From an uncultured Thermoanaerobaculia bacterium (GTDB taxonomy: Bacteria > Acidobacteriota > Thermoanaerobaculia > Gp7-AA8), in NCBI GenBank assembly GCA_964558905.1, contig CAZLGP010000055.1, positions 10,650-74,649 on the forward strand: a DNA stretch of 64,000 nt, in the 5' to 3' direction. A program made the translations under genes and the position numbers. The notes below the pieces were generated by a model. The model was not told the DNA's origin. It did no database searches and was given only the letters and a program-made list of their open reading frames with translations. Shown here piece after piece: positions 18,392 through 27,871 of this stretch (position 1 is the stretch's first letter; every line of letters begins with the position of its first letter).

Positions 18392-18971
18392 TCACTTCGG
18401 CAGTCTGTCGAGGAGATCTCTCTCCGCGAGGCTGAGCTCGCGCTCGACGGCGGGGTTCTCTTCGATCAGCGTTTGAGCGTCCGCGAGATCGCGCAGTCTC
18501 TTCGAGCGACGCCGCTCGGGATCGCTTCCGGCGCGGAGCTTCTCGTGCAGGAGGTCAATGACTCGAATCACGCGAAGGGGCACGTCGTCGATGACGATCT
18601 CGTCGGCGACGGAGACCGCGGGTGCGAGCAGCGGATCGTCTGTGAATTGGACCGGTGTGCCGTCAGCGGCCAACCAGTTCTCCGAATGCATGAAAACGCC
18701 GTCGATCCGGAACCCTGCCGCGATGAGGGCATCCCGCGGAATGTCGCCGCGTGAAACGACGGCGACATCGATATCGAGCGTGGTGCGCTTCCTGCTGGTG
18801 CACCTGGACAGCCAGTCCTCCGATGATCGCGTAGGGCACCTGCGCGTCACGAAGAACGCGGCACAGCGCCAGAAGAGCGGGTCGTTTGCTCTCTTCCATT
18901 TCGCCCCTCAACCAGTGCCACTGCCGATCCAGCAGAAATCCTGCTGCGAGACCAGAGCTCATGACGATCAT
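18392..18971 (-). pseudogene. nucleotidyltransferase-fold (minimal NTase) gene with a frameshift
   Basis: Frame A (from 18971) gives ...PYAIIGGLAVQVH. Frame B (to 18392) gives TSRKRTTLDIDVAVVSRGD. Together they make the GG...H-G-x-R-x-T-x-DID NTase motif, only if one base is added or removed near 18795-18805. Confidence 0.5.
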
Positions 18972-19247
18972 TCTACGCGGTGCCGCCGTTTCTCACGGCG
19001 GCACCCATTCGTCGTGGATTCTGAGGCGGTCCATGGCTTCCACCCCGCGTAGAAGAACGGCTTCCCTCGATCAAGCTCGACCTGCTGGTCGCTGATTCTG
19101 TCGTCGTCGAGATCAAGGCGGTATCAACGATCGAGGCCGTCCACGAAGTACAGCTTCTCACCTACATGAAACTCGGTGGCTGGAAACTCGCCTACTCCTC
19201 AACTTCAACGTCCCTTTTCTGAAGGACGGCATCCGCCGCCGTGTCCT
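18961..19247 (+). pseudogene. GxxExxY (PD-(D/E)xK_3) family gene remnant with several frameshifts
   Basis: RLPSIKLDLLVADSVVVEIKAVSTIEAVHEVQLLTYMKLGGWKLAYS, then +1 frame LLNFNVPFLKDGIRRRVL* matches the family C-terminus. The N-terminal part (ILRGAAVSHGG) is in a third frame and is cut by a stop at 19022. Confidence 0.45.
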
Positions 19248-20370
19248 CTGACTCCGTCCCACTCTGTGCTCTCTGTGGCTCTGTGGTGGTCCCCCGTCTG
19301 ACTGGTATTGCAACGAGCAATGCTCCGGCCGCCGCGTAAACGCCGACGGCTCCTGCGACGTCGAACACCGCCAGCGCAACGAGCGGACCGGCGGCAGCGC
19401 CGGCGTCGCGCGCGATTCCAAGGCGGGCCAGCGCCTGGACGCGCTCGAGACCGGCGTGTCTCGCCGCGGAAACGGGGATGGTCGTGCTCGTGACGGCGGC
19501 GCCGCAGCAGAGCAGAACGGCTCCGGCGATGGTGCTGTCGCAGGCGATGAAGAACGCGCCTGTCGCGGCGACCGTGAAGCCGGCGATGGTGGCGACGCCT
19601 CCGCCGAATCGATCGGCCGCGTGTCCGCTGATCGGCGCGAGCACGACCATGGCGATGCGCTTGAAGGCGAGCAGCATTCCCGCGCCGAGCACGGCGCCGC
19701 TCACGTCCGCCGATCTCGCGAGGAGCAGCCCGATGGTCGCCGGGAAGACCCCGTCCAGGACGAAGCCCGCGACGGCGCTGAGCCACTCGTGGCCCGTTGG
19801 CCTTGGCGACCTGCGCCGCGACGCAAGATGGATGCGCGCGTCAGGGAGCAGCGTCGCGATGGCGACGCCGAGGAGGGAGACGACGCCGAGCAGCCCGAGA
19901 GCCGGTCGCACGCCGAGCGCGGAGACGGCGATCGTGCCGGCCGTCAGCGACGACAACGGTCCGAGCTCGCGCAGCGACAGCGAAAGCCCGACGCGCTTTC
20001 CCGCGTCGTGACGTGACGCCGTGGCGTAGGCCAGCGCGGAAAGGGACAGACTCCCGAAGGCCGTGCCCCACGCGATGCGCGATGCGAGCAACGCCCACGC
20101 ACCGCTTCCAAATGCGAATCCCAGCGTCGAGAGTGCGCCGAGGGTCGCGGCGGCCATGGTGAAGCGCCGCAGCCCGGTGGCGGCGATGCGGGCGAGGACT
20201 GGATACAGGAAGAGGCGAACGACGCGATTCGCCGAGAGCAGCACGCCGACCCAGGCGAGGGAGACGCCGAAGGTCGACGCGTGCAACGGCAGGACCGCGT
20301 AAAGGAGCGAGTCGCCCAACAGCGCCAGCGCCAGGACGAGCGACGCCAGCACTGTCGGGCGACTGGTCAT
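19192..20370 (-). CDS. MFS transporter
   Basis: 392 aa, about twelve hydrophobic helices rich in Gly/Ala/Leu. Confidence 0.7.
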   Translation of the reverse strand: MTSRPTVLASLVLALALLGDSLLYAVLPLHASTFGVSLAWVGVLLSANRVVRLFLYPVLARIAATGLRRFTMAAATLGALSTLGFAFGSGAWALLASRIAWGTAFGSLSLSALAYATASRHDAGKRVGLSLSLRELGPLSSLTAGTIAVSALGVRPALGLLGVVSLLGVAIATLLPDARIHLASRRRSPRPTGHEWLSAVAGFVLDGVFPATIGLLLARSADVSGAVLGAGMLLAFKRIAMVVLAPISGHAADRFGGGVATIAGFTVAATGAFFIACDSTIAGAVLLCCGAAVTSTTIPVSAARHAGLERVQALARLGIARDAGAAAGPLVALAVFDVAGAVGVYAAAGALLVAIPVRRGTTTEPQRAQSGTESEDTAADAVLQKRDVEVEE

Positions 20371-20380
20371 CGCGGTCCCG

Positions 20381-21883
20381 TCAGCCGCAGCACGATCCCG
20401 CGGCGGCGGGCGCGCTCGGCCGCACGACCTTCGGCGCGCCGCATCCGCATCCCGCTTCGCCGGCGGCTTTCGCGTCGGCGTCCTTCACACAGCAGGCGTC
20501 GGCTTCCTTCGGTGCCGGACCTCCGCAACATGCGGCTGCGCGCGGCTCTTCAACTGCATTCATTTCGGTCATCTCCATCTCCTTTCTCGAGTCCTCCGCG
20601 CCGCAGCAACCCGTGGACGCGTCGTTTCCTCCGAATGTCACGTTGCACACCCCCGTCTCCGGGAGGTCGAGCAGGACTTCGCGGGCTGCCACGAAATCGC
20701 CGGCGAGATACGCCGCCACGGAGCGGACCTGCTCGTAACCGGTGGCGAGCAGGAACGTCGGCGCTCGCCCGTAGCTCTTCATTCCGACGATGAACAGGCC
20801 GCGCTCCGGCTGCTCGAGCTCGAATGCGCCGTGCGGCCGTACGGACCCGCAACTGTGCTCGTTGGGATCGATCAGCGGGCCGAGGACGCGCGGACTCTCC
20901 AGCGCCGGATCGAGGTCGAGACGCATCTCGCGAAGAAGCTCGAGATCGGGGCGTGCGCCGGTCGCGACGATGACCTCGTCGACGGATGCCACCTCGGATC
21001 CTGTGATGTCGCGCACGACGAGCGCCCCGGCTCGTTGCTCGACCGCACCGATCTGCAGTCCGGCGAGGATCCGCACGTTTCCGGCATCGACATGTCTGCG
21101 CAGTCGCGCTCCGAGCGCGCCGCGCGCGGGGAGCGCGTCGGCATCGCCGCCGCCGAAAGCATTTCCCGGCGCACTCCGGCGCATGCCCCAGAAGACGCGC
21201 GTCGTCACGCTCTCCTCCATCAACTCCACGAGTGCGAGCAGACTGTTGACGGCGGAGTGGCCCGTGCCGACGACGAGGGTCCGCTTCCCGGCGTAGCGCG
21301 ATCGATCCCGGCTGAGGATGTCCGGGATGCCGTAGCGGACGCGGTGTGCGTGCGCCCTCTCGCCGCGTGCCGGCAGGCCGTTTGCCCCCATCGGGTTCGG
21401 CTGGAACCACGTTCCCGAGGCGTCGATGACCGCGCGGGCGAGCCTGTCGTGCTCGACGCCAGCGGCGTCGACGCTTCGCACGAGGAACGGCATTGCGTCG
21501 CGCTCTTGCGTCTTCACCTTGTCGACCGACTGTCGGGTCACGGCGGTCACACGCGTGTTGAAGCGGATCGCGGATCGAATCGACGGAAGGGCCGCGAGCG
21601 GCTCCAGATACTGCAGGGCGACGTCGAGCCCCGTCGGCAGCGCATCGTCGTCCGGCGGGAGCCAACGCCCGTGGAGCATTCGCTTCGCCGCGTGATCGAT
21701 CACGTAGCGCCACGGCGAGAACATCCGCACGTGTCCCCATTCGCGAAGCGAGTGGCCGACGCGCGGCGCGGCTTCGAAAATGATCGGCCGCAGTCCGCGC
21801 TCGAGGAGATGGGCCGCCGCGGCGAGCCCGACAGGGCCGGCGCCGATCACCGCGACGGGAAGGTCGTTCGTTTGCGTCGTCAT
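20381..21883 (-). CDS. FAD/NAD(P)-binding oxidoreductase (flavin monooxygenase-like) with a C-terminal Cys-rich metal-binding tail
   Basis: N-terminal VAVIGAGPVGLAAA Rossmann motif. Second dinucleotide motif LVVGTGHSA. Tail CCGAED...ACCGGP...ACCVKD...GCGCG...SCCG. Confidence 0.7.
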   Translation of the reverse strand: MTTQTNDLPVAVIGAGPVGLAAAAHLLERGLRPIIFEAAPRVGHSLREWGHVRMFSPWRYVIDHAAKRMLHGRWLPPDDDALPTGLDVALQYLEPLAALPSIRSAIRFNTRVTAVTRQSVDKVKTQERDAMPFLVRSVDAAGVEHDRLARAVIDASGTWFQPNPMGANGLPARGERAHAHRVRYGIPDILSRDRSRYAGKRTLVVGTGHSAVNSLLALVELMEESVTTRVFWGMRRSAPGNAFGGGDADALPARGALGARLRRHVDAGNVRILAGLQIGAVEQRAGALVVRDITGSEVASVDEVIVATGARPDLELLREMRLDLDPALESPRVLGPLIDPNEHSCGSVRPHGAFELEQPERGLFIVGMKSYGRAPTFLLATGYEQVRSVAAYLAGDFVAAREVLLDLPETGVCNVTFGGNDASTGCCGAEDSRKEMEMTEMNAVEEPRAAACCGGPAPKEADACCVKDADAKAAGEAGCGCGAPKVVRPSAPAAAGSCCG

Positions 21884-21973
21884 GCCCCAGAGACGGGGAG
21901 GGCCCCGAAAAGACGCACGCGATTTCGGGATGCGTCTTTTGCCGGCCGTTTCCGTCTATCTTTGGAGGAACGA

Positions 21974-22588
21974 ATGGAAAGCAATCCTGCGATCGACGTC
22001 GCCGCCGCGTGGCATGAGCTCGGAGACCGGCTGCGCATCTATGTTTCGCGACGCGTGAATCCCGGTGATGCGGATGACGTCGTGCAGTCGGTGATGGTGA
22101 AGCTGCTCGAGCGTCGCGCCGACATCGGACCCGATTCCGTGCGGGCGTGGCTCTTCGCGGTCACGCGCAACGCCGTCGTCGAGTACTACCGCCAACACCG
22201 GCCGTCGGTCGATCTCGACACGTTCGGCGATCTTCCCGAGAACGACGCCGCAGACCCGGCCGACCGGACCATCGGCCAGCTCAGCGACTGCCTCGAGCCG
22301 ATGCTCCGCATGCTCTCCGCATCGGATGCCGATGTGCTGCGCAGGATCGACCTGGAAGGGGAGGCCCAGACCACCCTAGCATCCTCCCTCGGCGTGCCGC
22401 TGTCGACGCTCAAGTCGCGCGTGCAGCGCGCCCGGACGAAGTTGCGCGCGGCGTTCGACGCCTGTTGCGCGATCGATCTCTCTCGCGACGGTTCCCCGAT
22501 CGGGTTCGAGCGTGGCTCGGCATGCTCCCCTACGTGCGCCGGCGAATACGAAGTCGGCACGCGGCGCTCGTCGTCGCGTTGTGATTGA
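21974..22588 (+). CDS. sigma-70 family ECF sigma factor with Cys-rich C-terminus (SigZ-like)
   Basis: GGAGG RBS at 21964 and ATG at 21974. Sigma region 2 DVVQSVMVKLLE and region 4 HTH. C-terminal CCAIDL...CSPTCAGE. Divergent from the oxidoreductase gene. Confidence 0.8.
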   Translation: MESNPAIDVAAAWHELGDRLRIYVSRRVNPGDADDVVQSVMVKLLERRADIGPDSVRAWLFAVTRNAVVEYYRQHRPSVDLDTFGDLPENDAADPADRTIGQLSDCLEPMLRMLSASDADVLRRIDLEGEAQTTLASSLGVPLSTLKSRVQRARTKLRAAFDACCAIDLSRDGSPIGFERGSACSPTCAGEYEVGTRRSSSRCD

Positions 22589-22591
22589 CGC

Positions 22592-22735
22592 TCATCTGCA
22601 CTCGGGATGTCCGCACCCGCAGCGGCCGTCTGCACCCGTGCGTCCCTCGCGACAGGACGGCGAGCAGTATCCATCCCCCTTCACGTCAGTCCCGTTGCAG
22701 TGGCAGGGCTCGTGATTGCATTTCGGCTGATTCAT
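22592..22735 (-). CDS. small Cys/His-rich metal-binding protein (metallothionein-like, 47 aa)
   Basis: MNQPKCNHEPCHCNGTDVKGDGYCSPSCREGRTGADGRCGCGHPECR. Start chosen at internal ATG 22735; the upstream part of the ORF is Arg-rich noise. Confidence 0.4.
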   Translation of the reverse strand: MNQPKCNHEPCHCNGTDVKGDGYCSPSCREGRTGADGRCGCGHPECR

Positions 22736-22839
22736 CGAAGTCCTCCTGCTGGTACTCAGCATATGGCGTACCATCCAAAGTGATCGGGCCCGATCTGTTC
22801 GGAGCGCGCGAAGGCGCGGGGCCAGATCGTACGGCGCGC

Positions 22840-23271
22840 CTACAGTCCGGCGACCAGCGCGTCCGGGATGCCGTGCCACCGCTGAGGCGGGCGGCGTCCG
22901 GCGAGGCAGTCGTCGATCACTGCCATCAGCTCGGGTGCCGAGAATGGTTTCGCGAAGACCGCGCAGACATCGAGTCGTTGCGCTGCCGCCAGCAGGCGTG
23001 CGCTGTCGATCCAACTCGTGATCACGACCATACACGGCCGCCACTCCGGGCAGTGCTGCTCGATGTATTCGAGGAAGATCAGCTCGCGGCCGTTCGCTTC
23101 CACCACGACCGGCGACCCGACGATGACGCAGCCAAAGAACTCCTCCTCCAGGGCCGCAATCGCACTGCGCCCGTCAGGCACGGCGGTGACGTCGTGGCCG
23201 CCCATCTCCAGCGTCACCTCGACGAGCTTGCGGATGTCCTCGTGCGGCTCGATGAGAAGGACCCGCGGCAT
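22840..23271 (-). CDS. response regulator receiver domain protein (CheY-like, stand-alone)
   Basis: MPRVLLIEPHEDIR...phospho-acceptor Asp region...KPF motif. Start at internal ATG 23271. Confidence 0.7.
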   Translation of the reverse strand: MPRVLLIEPHEDIRKLVEVTLEMGGHDVTAVPDGRSAIAALEEEFFGCVIVGSPVVVEANGRELIFLEYIEQHCPEWRPCMVVITSWIDSARLLAAAQRLDVCAVFAKPFSAPELMAVIDDCLAGRRPPQRWHGIPDALVAGL

Positions 23272-23376
23272 CAGTACCCCACCGCCTTTCGCTCCGTTCC
23301 GATCTCCCGAAGCCCTCGCATCCCTACATCCAGTGCAAGAAGCATGCAATTCATTGGTATGCCATGCAATAACGGC

Positions 23377-23904
23377 TCAGGGCTCTGCTCGCTCGGCGTC
23401 GGCGACGTTCTCCGTCGATGGACGCGTGGGCCGCTCTTCGGGCCGGCCCAGCACGCTGAACGAGCCGTCCGTTTCCAAGACGACCATGAAGACCCGATCG
23501 AGATCGTGGATGCCCGACGCGCGAATGGCCATCATCACTTCGTCGCGCGCGAGACGCTCCTTGCGCATGGCCTCCTCGTCGAACTTCCCGTCTACGAACA
23601 CCGCCGCCGGCCGGCTCTTCACGACGCGCTCGAACCACGGCGCTCGAACGGTCAGCCAGGCCACGACGTATTGCAGGGCGATGAGCAGCGCCAGGGCCAG
23701 GATCCCATCGGCGACGGGAAGGTCGGTCGAGGTGAGCACGGCCGACAGCGTCGATCCGAGGGCCACGGTGACGACCAGGTCGAAGGCGTTCATCTTCGCG
23801 AGCGTCCGCTTCCCGGTGATGCGGAGAAACGCGACGAGCGCGACGTAAGCGATGCCGCCGGCCAGTACCGTGCGGCCGAGGGAGCTCCAGCTTTCGAAGA
23901 ACAT
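23377..23904 (-). CDS. DUF421 (YetF-like) membrane protein
   Basis: MFFESWSSLGRTVLAGGIAYVALVAFLRITGKR N-terminus typical of DUF421, with a C-terminal soluble domain. Confidence 0.6.
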   Translation of the reverse strand: MFFESWSSLGRTVLAGGIAYVALVAFLRITGKRTLAKMNAFDLVVTVALGSTLSAVLTSTDLPVADGILALALLIALQYVVAWLTVRAPWFERVVKSRPAAVFVDGKFDEEAMRKERLARDEVMMAIRASGIHDLDRVFMVVLETDGSFSVLGRPEERPTRPSTENVADAERAEP

Positions 23905-23935
23905 CGACCCCGGTCCACGCAAGGGCCGTTCCGTG

Positions 23936-24520
23936 ATGGATGGTCTGCCATGGAACGTGCTACGATGCGCCGCCAGTTCGCGGAGTGGGAGAGTGGCCGG
24001 CAACGACAAGCTCAGGGATGCTCAGTCGGTATTGAACTCGTTCCGGCGGATCGTCAAATCCCTTCGCGTGGCCGATCGGGCCGGTCTCAAGGAGCACGGC
24101 CTCGGTGCGTCGCAGCTCTACGTGCTGCACGAGTTGAAACGCGAGTCGCCGCTGTCCATCAACGAGCTGGCCCGCCGAACGGCGACCGACCAGAGCACCG
24201 TGTCCGTGGTCGTGGCGAAGCTCATCGAGAAGGGATTCGTCGCCCGCCAGCGCTCGGAGCAGGACGCACGGCGCCTCGACCTCACAGTGACCGCGAAGGG
24301 CCATCGCCTCCTCGATCGCCTTCCACCTCCGATCCAGTGGTCGATCATCGAGGGGGTGCAGTGTCTGCCCCGGGCTCGCGCCAGGGCGCTCGCGGAATCG
24401 CTCGAGGAGATCTGCCAGGTGCTCGGCATTGCCGATATGCAACCTCCGATGCTGATGGACGACGGCGGCCCGCCGCCCGCGCGGAAGCGCTCTTCGAGGC
24501 GTCCTGCGTCGCGGCGATGA
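23936..24520 (+). CDS. MarR-family transcriptional regulator
   Basis: Winged-HTH block LGASQLYVLHELKRESPLSINELARRTATDQSTVSVVVAKLIEKGFVAR. Confidence 0.8.
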   Translation: MDGLPWNVLRCAASSRSGRVAGNDKLRDAQSVLNSFRRIVKSLRVADRAGLKEHGLGASQLYVLHELKRESPLSINELARRTATDQSTVSVVVAKLIEKGFVARQRSEQDARRLDLTVTAKGHRLLDRLPPPIQWSIIEGVQCLPRARARALAESLEEICQVLGIADMQPPMLMDDGGPPPARKRSSRRPASRR

Positions 24521-24521
24521 C

Positions 24522-24699
24522 CTAGTGTCGTGTCCAGGTTGAAGACGTGGGTTGTTTGCGAGCGCCGGTGGGTTGGATGCAAGCCGCCGCGACGCAGGCG
24601 ATGCGGGACATCGTCGAGGAGCGGCGGCGCAGCAGACGACCCGCCGCCGCCGCAAAGAACCCACGGTTTCAACCTGGACACGACACTAGTGTCGTGTCA
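24522..24699. repeat. MITE-like element with 32-bp terminal inverted repeats and a GACACGACACTAGTGTCGTGTC palindrome
   Basis: CTAGTGTCGTGTCCAGGTTGAAGACGTGGGTT at 24522-24553 versus its reverse complement at 24657-24688. The same TAGTGTCGTGTC module recurs at 35941 and 36185. Confidence 0.75.
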
Positions 24700-24978
24700 C
24701 GACTGCCGGCGAAAGGTGTCGCTGCCGGGAAGCAGCGTGACGCTGAAGACCGCGTCGGACGTGCGCGCCGTGGCGATGGCTTGATCACCTGGATACTTTT
24801 GCACCGTACCGACGAGTGTCGCGGAATGTGAGCGCAGGAACTCGGCGAGCGCCGCGTCGACCGTCTCCGCTTCGACCCGGTGATAGTGAGGATGGCTGGC
24901 GGCGCGTTGGCCACGACCGTCGGTGAGGAAGATCTGTTCCACTGTGTAACGCACTGCCCTCGACTCTGCAAGTTCCAT
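24697..24978 (-). CDS. hypothetical small protein (93 aa)
   Basis: Non-repetitive composition. MELAESRAVRYTVEQIFLTDGRG... from internal ATG 24978. No family recognised. Confidence 0.3.
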   Translation of the reverse strand: MELAESRAVRYTVEQIFLTDGRGQRAASHPHYHRVEAETVDAALAEFLRSHSATLVGTVQKYPGDQAIATARTSDAVFSVTLLPGSDTFRRQS

Positions 24979-25226
24979 GCGGTGACCTTGCACATCGCGT
25001 TGAGCAAACAGGTGATCTGGGCCTGTCGGCGCGACGCGGTGTGTCCATCGCCACACCTTTCCGCAGTTTTTCCACCCGAGCTGCGGAACGAACCAGCACA
25101 GGTCGGCACGGCCGGAGCGCTGGTTGCCCCGCCAACCGCCAACCGCCAGCCTCCAACCGAATGAGGCGGAGCAACCAGCGCGGCCCGTCGTGCCGGCTGG
25201 CCCGCTTCCTGCGCCAGCACCGCGTG

Positions 25227-25916
25227 ATGCATACGACCGAAACGGAGCGCGTACGCCTCCTCGTGCAGCTCGAGCGAGTGCTCGAGCGACCGATGATCGT
25301 CCTGTCGCTCATCTGGCTGGTGCTGTTCGTGGTGGAACTGGCACATGGCATCACTCGGGCCGGTGAGATTGCCGGACTCGGCATCTGGATCGTGTTCGTG
25401 GTGGACTTCGCGATCAAGTTCGTCGTTGCGCCGCGGAAGACTCTCTTCCTGCGCCGGAACTGGGCGACGGCCCTCTCCCTGGCGCTGCCCGCGTTTCGCA
25501 TCCTTCGCGTCACGCGCGCGTTTCGCGCGGCGCGCGTTCTTCGCGGGGTCCGCTTCGCGAGGCTCCTCGGGACACTCAACCGCGGCATGCGTGCGGTGCG
25601 GAGAAGCATGCGCCGTCACGGCTTCGGCTATGTCGTGACACTGACGCTCGTCGTCCTGTTCGCCGGGGCGGCGGGGATGATGTCGTTCGAGCGGGAGGGA
25701 TCGAATCAAGCAGCGTTCGAGAGCTACACGGCCTCCTTGTGGTGGACGGCGATGCTCATGACCTCTCTCGGTTCCGAGGTGTGGCCGCGGACGGGAGGCG
25801 GCCGCGCGCTCACGCTGCTGCTTGCGCTCTATTCGTTCGCGGTCTTCGGCTACATCACGGCGACGCTGGCTTCATTCTTCATCGACCGCGATGACGAACA
25901 GCGACGCGCGCGTTGA
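25227..25916 (+). CDS. compact voltage-gated-type ion channel (ion transport protein family)
   Basis: S4-like RILRVTRAFRAARVLRGVRFARL with Arg every third residue. Pore-helix and filter-like TSLGSEVWP. Six predicted transmembrane segments in 230 aa. Confidence 0.65.
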   Translation: MHTTETERVRLLVQLERVLERPMIVLSLIWLVLFVVELAHGITRAGEIAGLGIWIVFVVDFAIKFVVAPRKTLFLRRNWATALSLALPAFRILRVTRAFRAARVLRGVRFARLLGTLNRGMRAVRRSMRRHGFGYVVTLTLVVLFAGAAGMMSFEREGSNQAAFESYTASLWWTAMLMTSLGSEVWPRTGGGRALTLLLALYSFAVFGYITATLASFFIDRDDEQRRAR

Positions 25917-25966
25917 CGCGAGGCCGAGTCTCACCCTCTTCCCATCCGGTAAAGGGGGGAGCGACT

Positions 25967-26968
25967 TCATTTCACCGGAACGCGCATTGCGAACAGGAGC
26001 GTGCCGCCGAGCAGATACAGAACGAGGATGACGATCGACTCCCACGTCACGATGAATCGTCTCTGAGCCCGAATCGCGATCGCGATGATGACCACGGCCG
26101 TCATGGCGATGGCGATGATCGCGGAGACGCCGTGCGTGGGCGAGACATGCTGCAGAATCGGTCCCGCGGTGAAGAACACATCGTCGATCATCAGGATCGA
26201 CATGTTGAAGAGGTTGCTCCCGAGGATGTTGCCGAGGGCCAGGTCGACCGCCCCGATACGTACGGCCGCGAGCGACACGACCAGCTCCGGAACCGAGGTC
26301 GAGAAGGCGATGAACAGACTGCCGACGAATGTCTCGCCGAGACCAGAGAGGACAGCGAGCCTTGCCCCGACGGCCGGCAGAAACGAAGCTGCGCCGATGA
26401 TGACTACGGCGAGCGCGGCGTAGCGGAATCCTGCCTGCGCCAGCTTCATCGCCGGATATCGCAGAGGCACCGCGGCCGCCGTAGCGCTCTTCTCCTTCTC
26501 ACGCTCGAAGATCGTGTTGATGGCCAGGAGGTAGCCGATCATGAGCACGACGCTGGAGAGGCCGACCCACCCGGCAGCCGGGATGTCCCCGCCAGTGAGG
26601 AGCGGCAGCGCCACCGCGGACAGCAGAAGGATGGAGAACCCCGCGGCGACCGTGTGTCCCGGATCGGCGCGTGCTGCGACGGAGGGACCATTCGTGACGA
26701 AGTCCATGAGGGCGATGATCAGGAGGTTGAACATGCAGCTCCCGAGCACGTCGCCGACCGCGAGATCGGGCGCGTTGACGACGACGACGGAGCTGATGCC
26801 GGCCGCCAGCTCGGGGACGGAAGTCACCGAGGCCAAGAGGATGACGCCGATCCACGTCCGTCCCAGACCGCTCTTCTCGGCGATGACGTCCGCGTAGTAC
26901 GACAGTTTCGTGCCGGCGACGAGAATGATCGCGGCGAGAACGGCGAACTGCAGAATCGCGACCGTCAT
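25967..26968 (-). CDS. calcium/sodium antiporter (CaCA / YrbG family)
   Basis: Two internal alpha repeats (GTSVPELAAG and STSVPELVVS) and ten transmembrane segments. Confidence 0.8.
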   Translation of the reverse strand: MTVAILQFAVLAAIILVAGTKLSYYADVIAEKSGLGRTWIGVILLASVTSVPELAAGISSVVVVNAPDLAVGDVLGSCMFNLLIIALMDFVTNGPSVAARADPGHTVAAGFSILLLSAVALPLLTGGDIPAAGWVGLSSVVLMIGYLLAINTIFEREKEKSATAAAVPLRYPAMKLAQAGFRYAALAVVIIGAASFLPAVGARLAVLSGLGETFVGSLFIAFSTSVPELVVSLAAVRIGAVDLALGNILGSNLFNMSILMIDDVFFTAGPILQHVSPTHGVSAIIAIAMTAVVIIAIAIRAQRRFIVTWESIVILVLYLLGGTLLFAMRVPVK

Positions 26969-27104
26969 GGCCGCGTCTCCTCGGCAGCCGCGGCGCTCGG
27001 ACACCGGTCGTCACTCGCTTTGTGAAACGTGCTCATCGCCATCCAGGCTACTCCTGAAAGCCATGCTGCGAATGGTAGCGTGCGCGGGCGGTGCGTCGAG
27101 TCAC

Positions 27105-27160
27105 GCGGGTTCGTGATGCGAGGGGAGTGATTGTGATGAGTGATGAGCGATGAGTGATGA
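27105..27160. repeat. tandem (GTGATGAG)n array
   Basis: gtgatgcgaggggagtgattgtgatgagtgatgagcgatgagtgatgagtgatgagggg, direct copies only. Confidence 0.8.
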
Positions 27161-27218
27161 GTGATGAGGGGGCTGCCGGGTCCGGCATGGCCAGCGGCTT
27201 GCAGGCGGTCGCATTGCT

Positions 27219-27602
27219 TTGAGTTCAATCCAACTGACCCACGAGCTGCGGGCCTTCGTGAAGGATCGCTTCAGCTCCGCCGACCAGATCGGCATCGTCC
27301 TCCTGCTGCTTCAGGATTCGGGGCGGTCCTGGACGACGTCGGAGGTGGCGGACCGGTTGAAGATGGCCCCGGAGTCGACGGCCATGCGTCTGTTTCTGCT
27401 GGCGTCCGCGGGCCTGATCGCGTTCGAGCCCGCCGGCGTCCCCCGCTACCGGTATGCTGCCACGGATGAAGCGACCGACCGGCTGCTGCACGAGTTGGTG
27501 CCGGTGTTCGCCGGGAACACCGAAGAGGTTCTGCGGATCATCGCCGCGGCCGAGATCGATCCGATCCGTACGTTTGCGGATGCATTCAAGCTGAAGGGAT
27601 GA
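27219..27602 (+). CDS. hypothetical cytoplasmic protein, first gene of a three-gene coupled operon
   Basis: TTG start at 27219. Its stop overlaps the next start (ATGA at 27599). Confidence 0.4.
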   Translation: MSSIQLTHELRAFVKDRFSSADQIGIVLLLLQDSGRSWTTSEVADRLKMAPESTAMRLFLLASAGLIAFEPAGVPRYRYAATDEATDRLLHELVPVFAGNTEEVLRIIAAAEIDPIRTFADAFKLKG

Positions 27603-27871
27603 GAGGAGACATGCTCGCGATCATCGTCTACATCCTCTGTGCCGCGACGAGCGCGCTGTGCGCGGTGCTGCTGCTGCGAGGCTACTCGCAGTCGCGTGCG
27701 CGCCTGCTGTTCTGGAGCGGCCTCTGTTTCGCCGGGCTGGCATTGAACAACTTCTTTCTGATCGTCGACGTGCGCATCATCCCCACCATCGATCTGTCGT
27801 TCTGGCGCACCGTGCCGGCGCTGATCGGAGTGTCGCTTCTCGTCTACGGTCTGGTCTGGGAGACGCGATGA
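27599..27871 (+). CDS. small integral membrane protein (90 aa, three transmembrane segments)
   Basis: MRGDMLAIIVYILCAATSALCAVLLL... ATGA overlaps at both ends. Confidence 0.45.
   Translation: MRGDMLAIIVYILCAATSALCAVLLLRGYSQSRARLLFWSGLCFAGLALNNFFLIVDVRIIPTIDLSFWRTVPALIGVSLLVYGLVWETR

Noticed and set aside
20831-21973. N-terminal 380 codons of ORF 20831..22588, antisense to the oxidoreductase
   Set aside because: Arg-rich noise. Only the last 204 codons, from ATG 21974 with a GGAGG RBS, form the sigma-factor gene.
24669-25709. 346-aa minus-strand ORF across the MITE and the ion-channel gene
   Set aside because: Low-complexity Arg/Pro-rich. It overlaps a well-supported channel gene and a repeat element.
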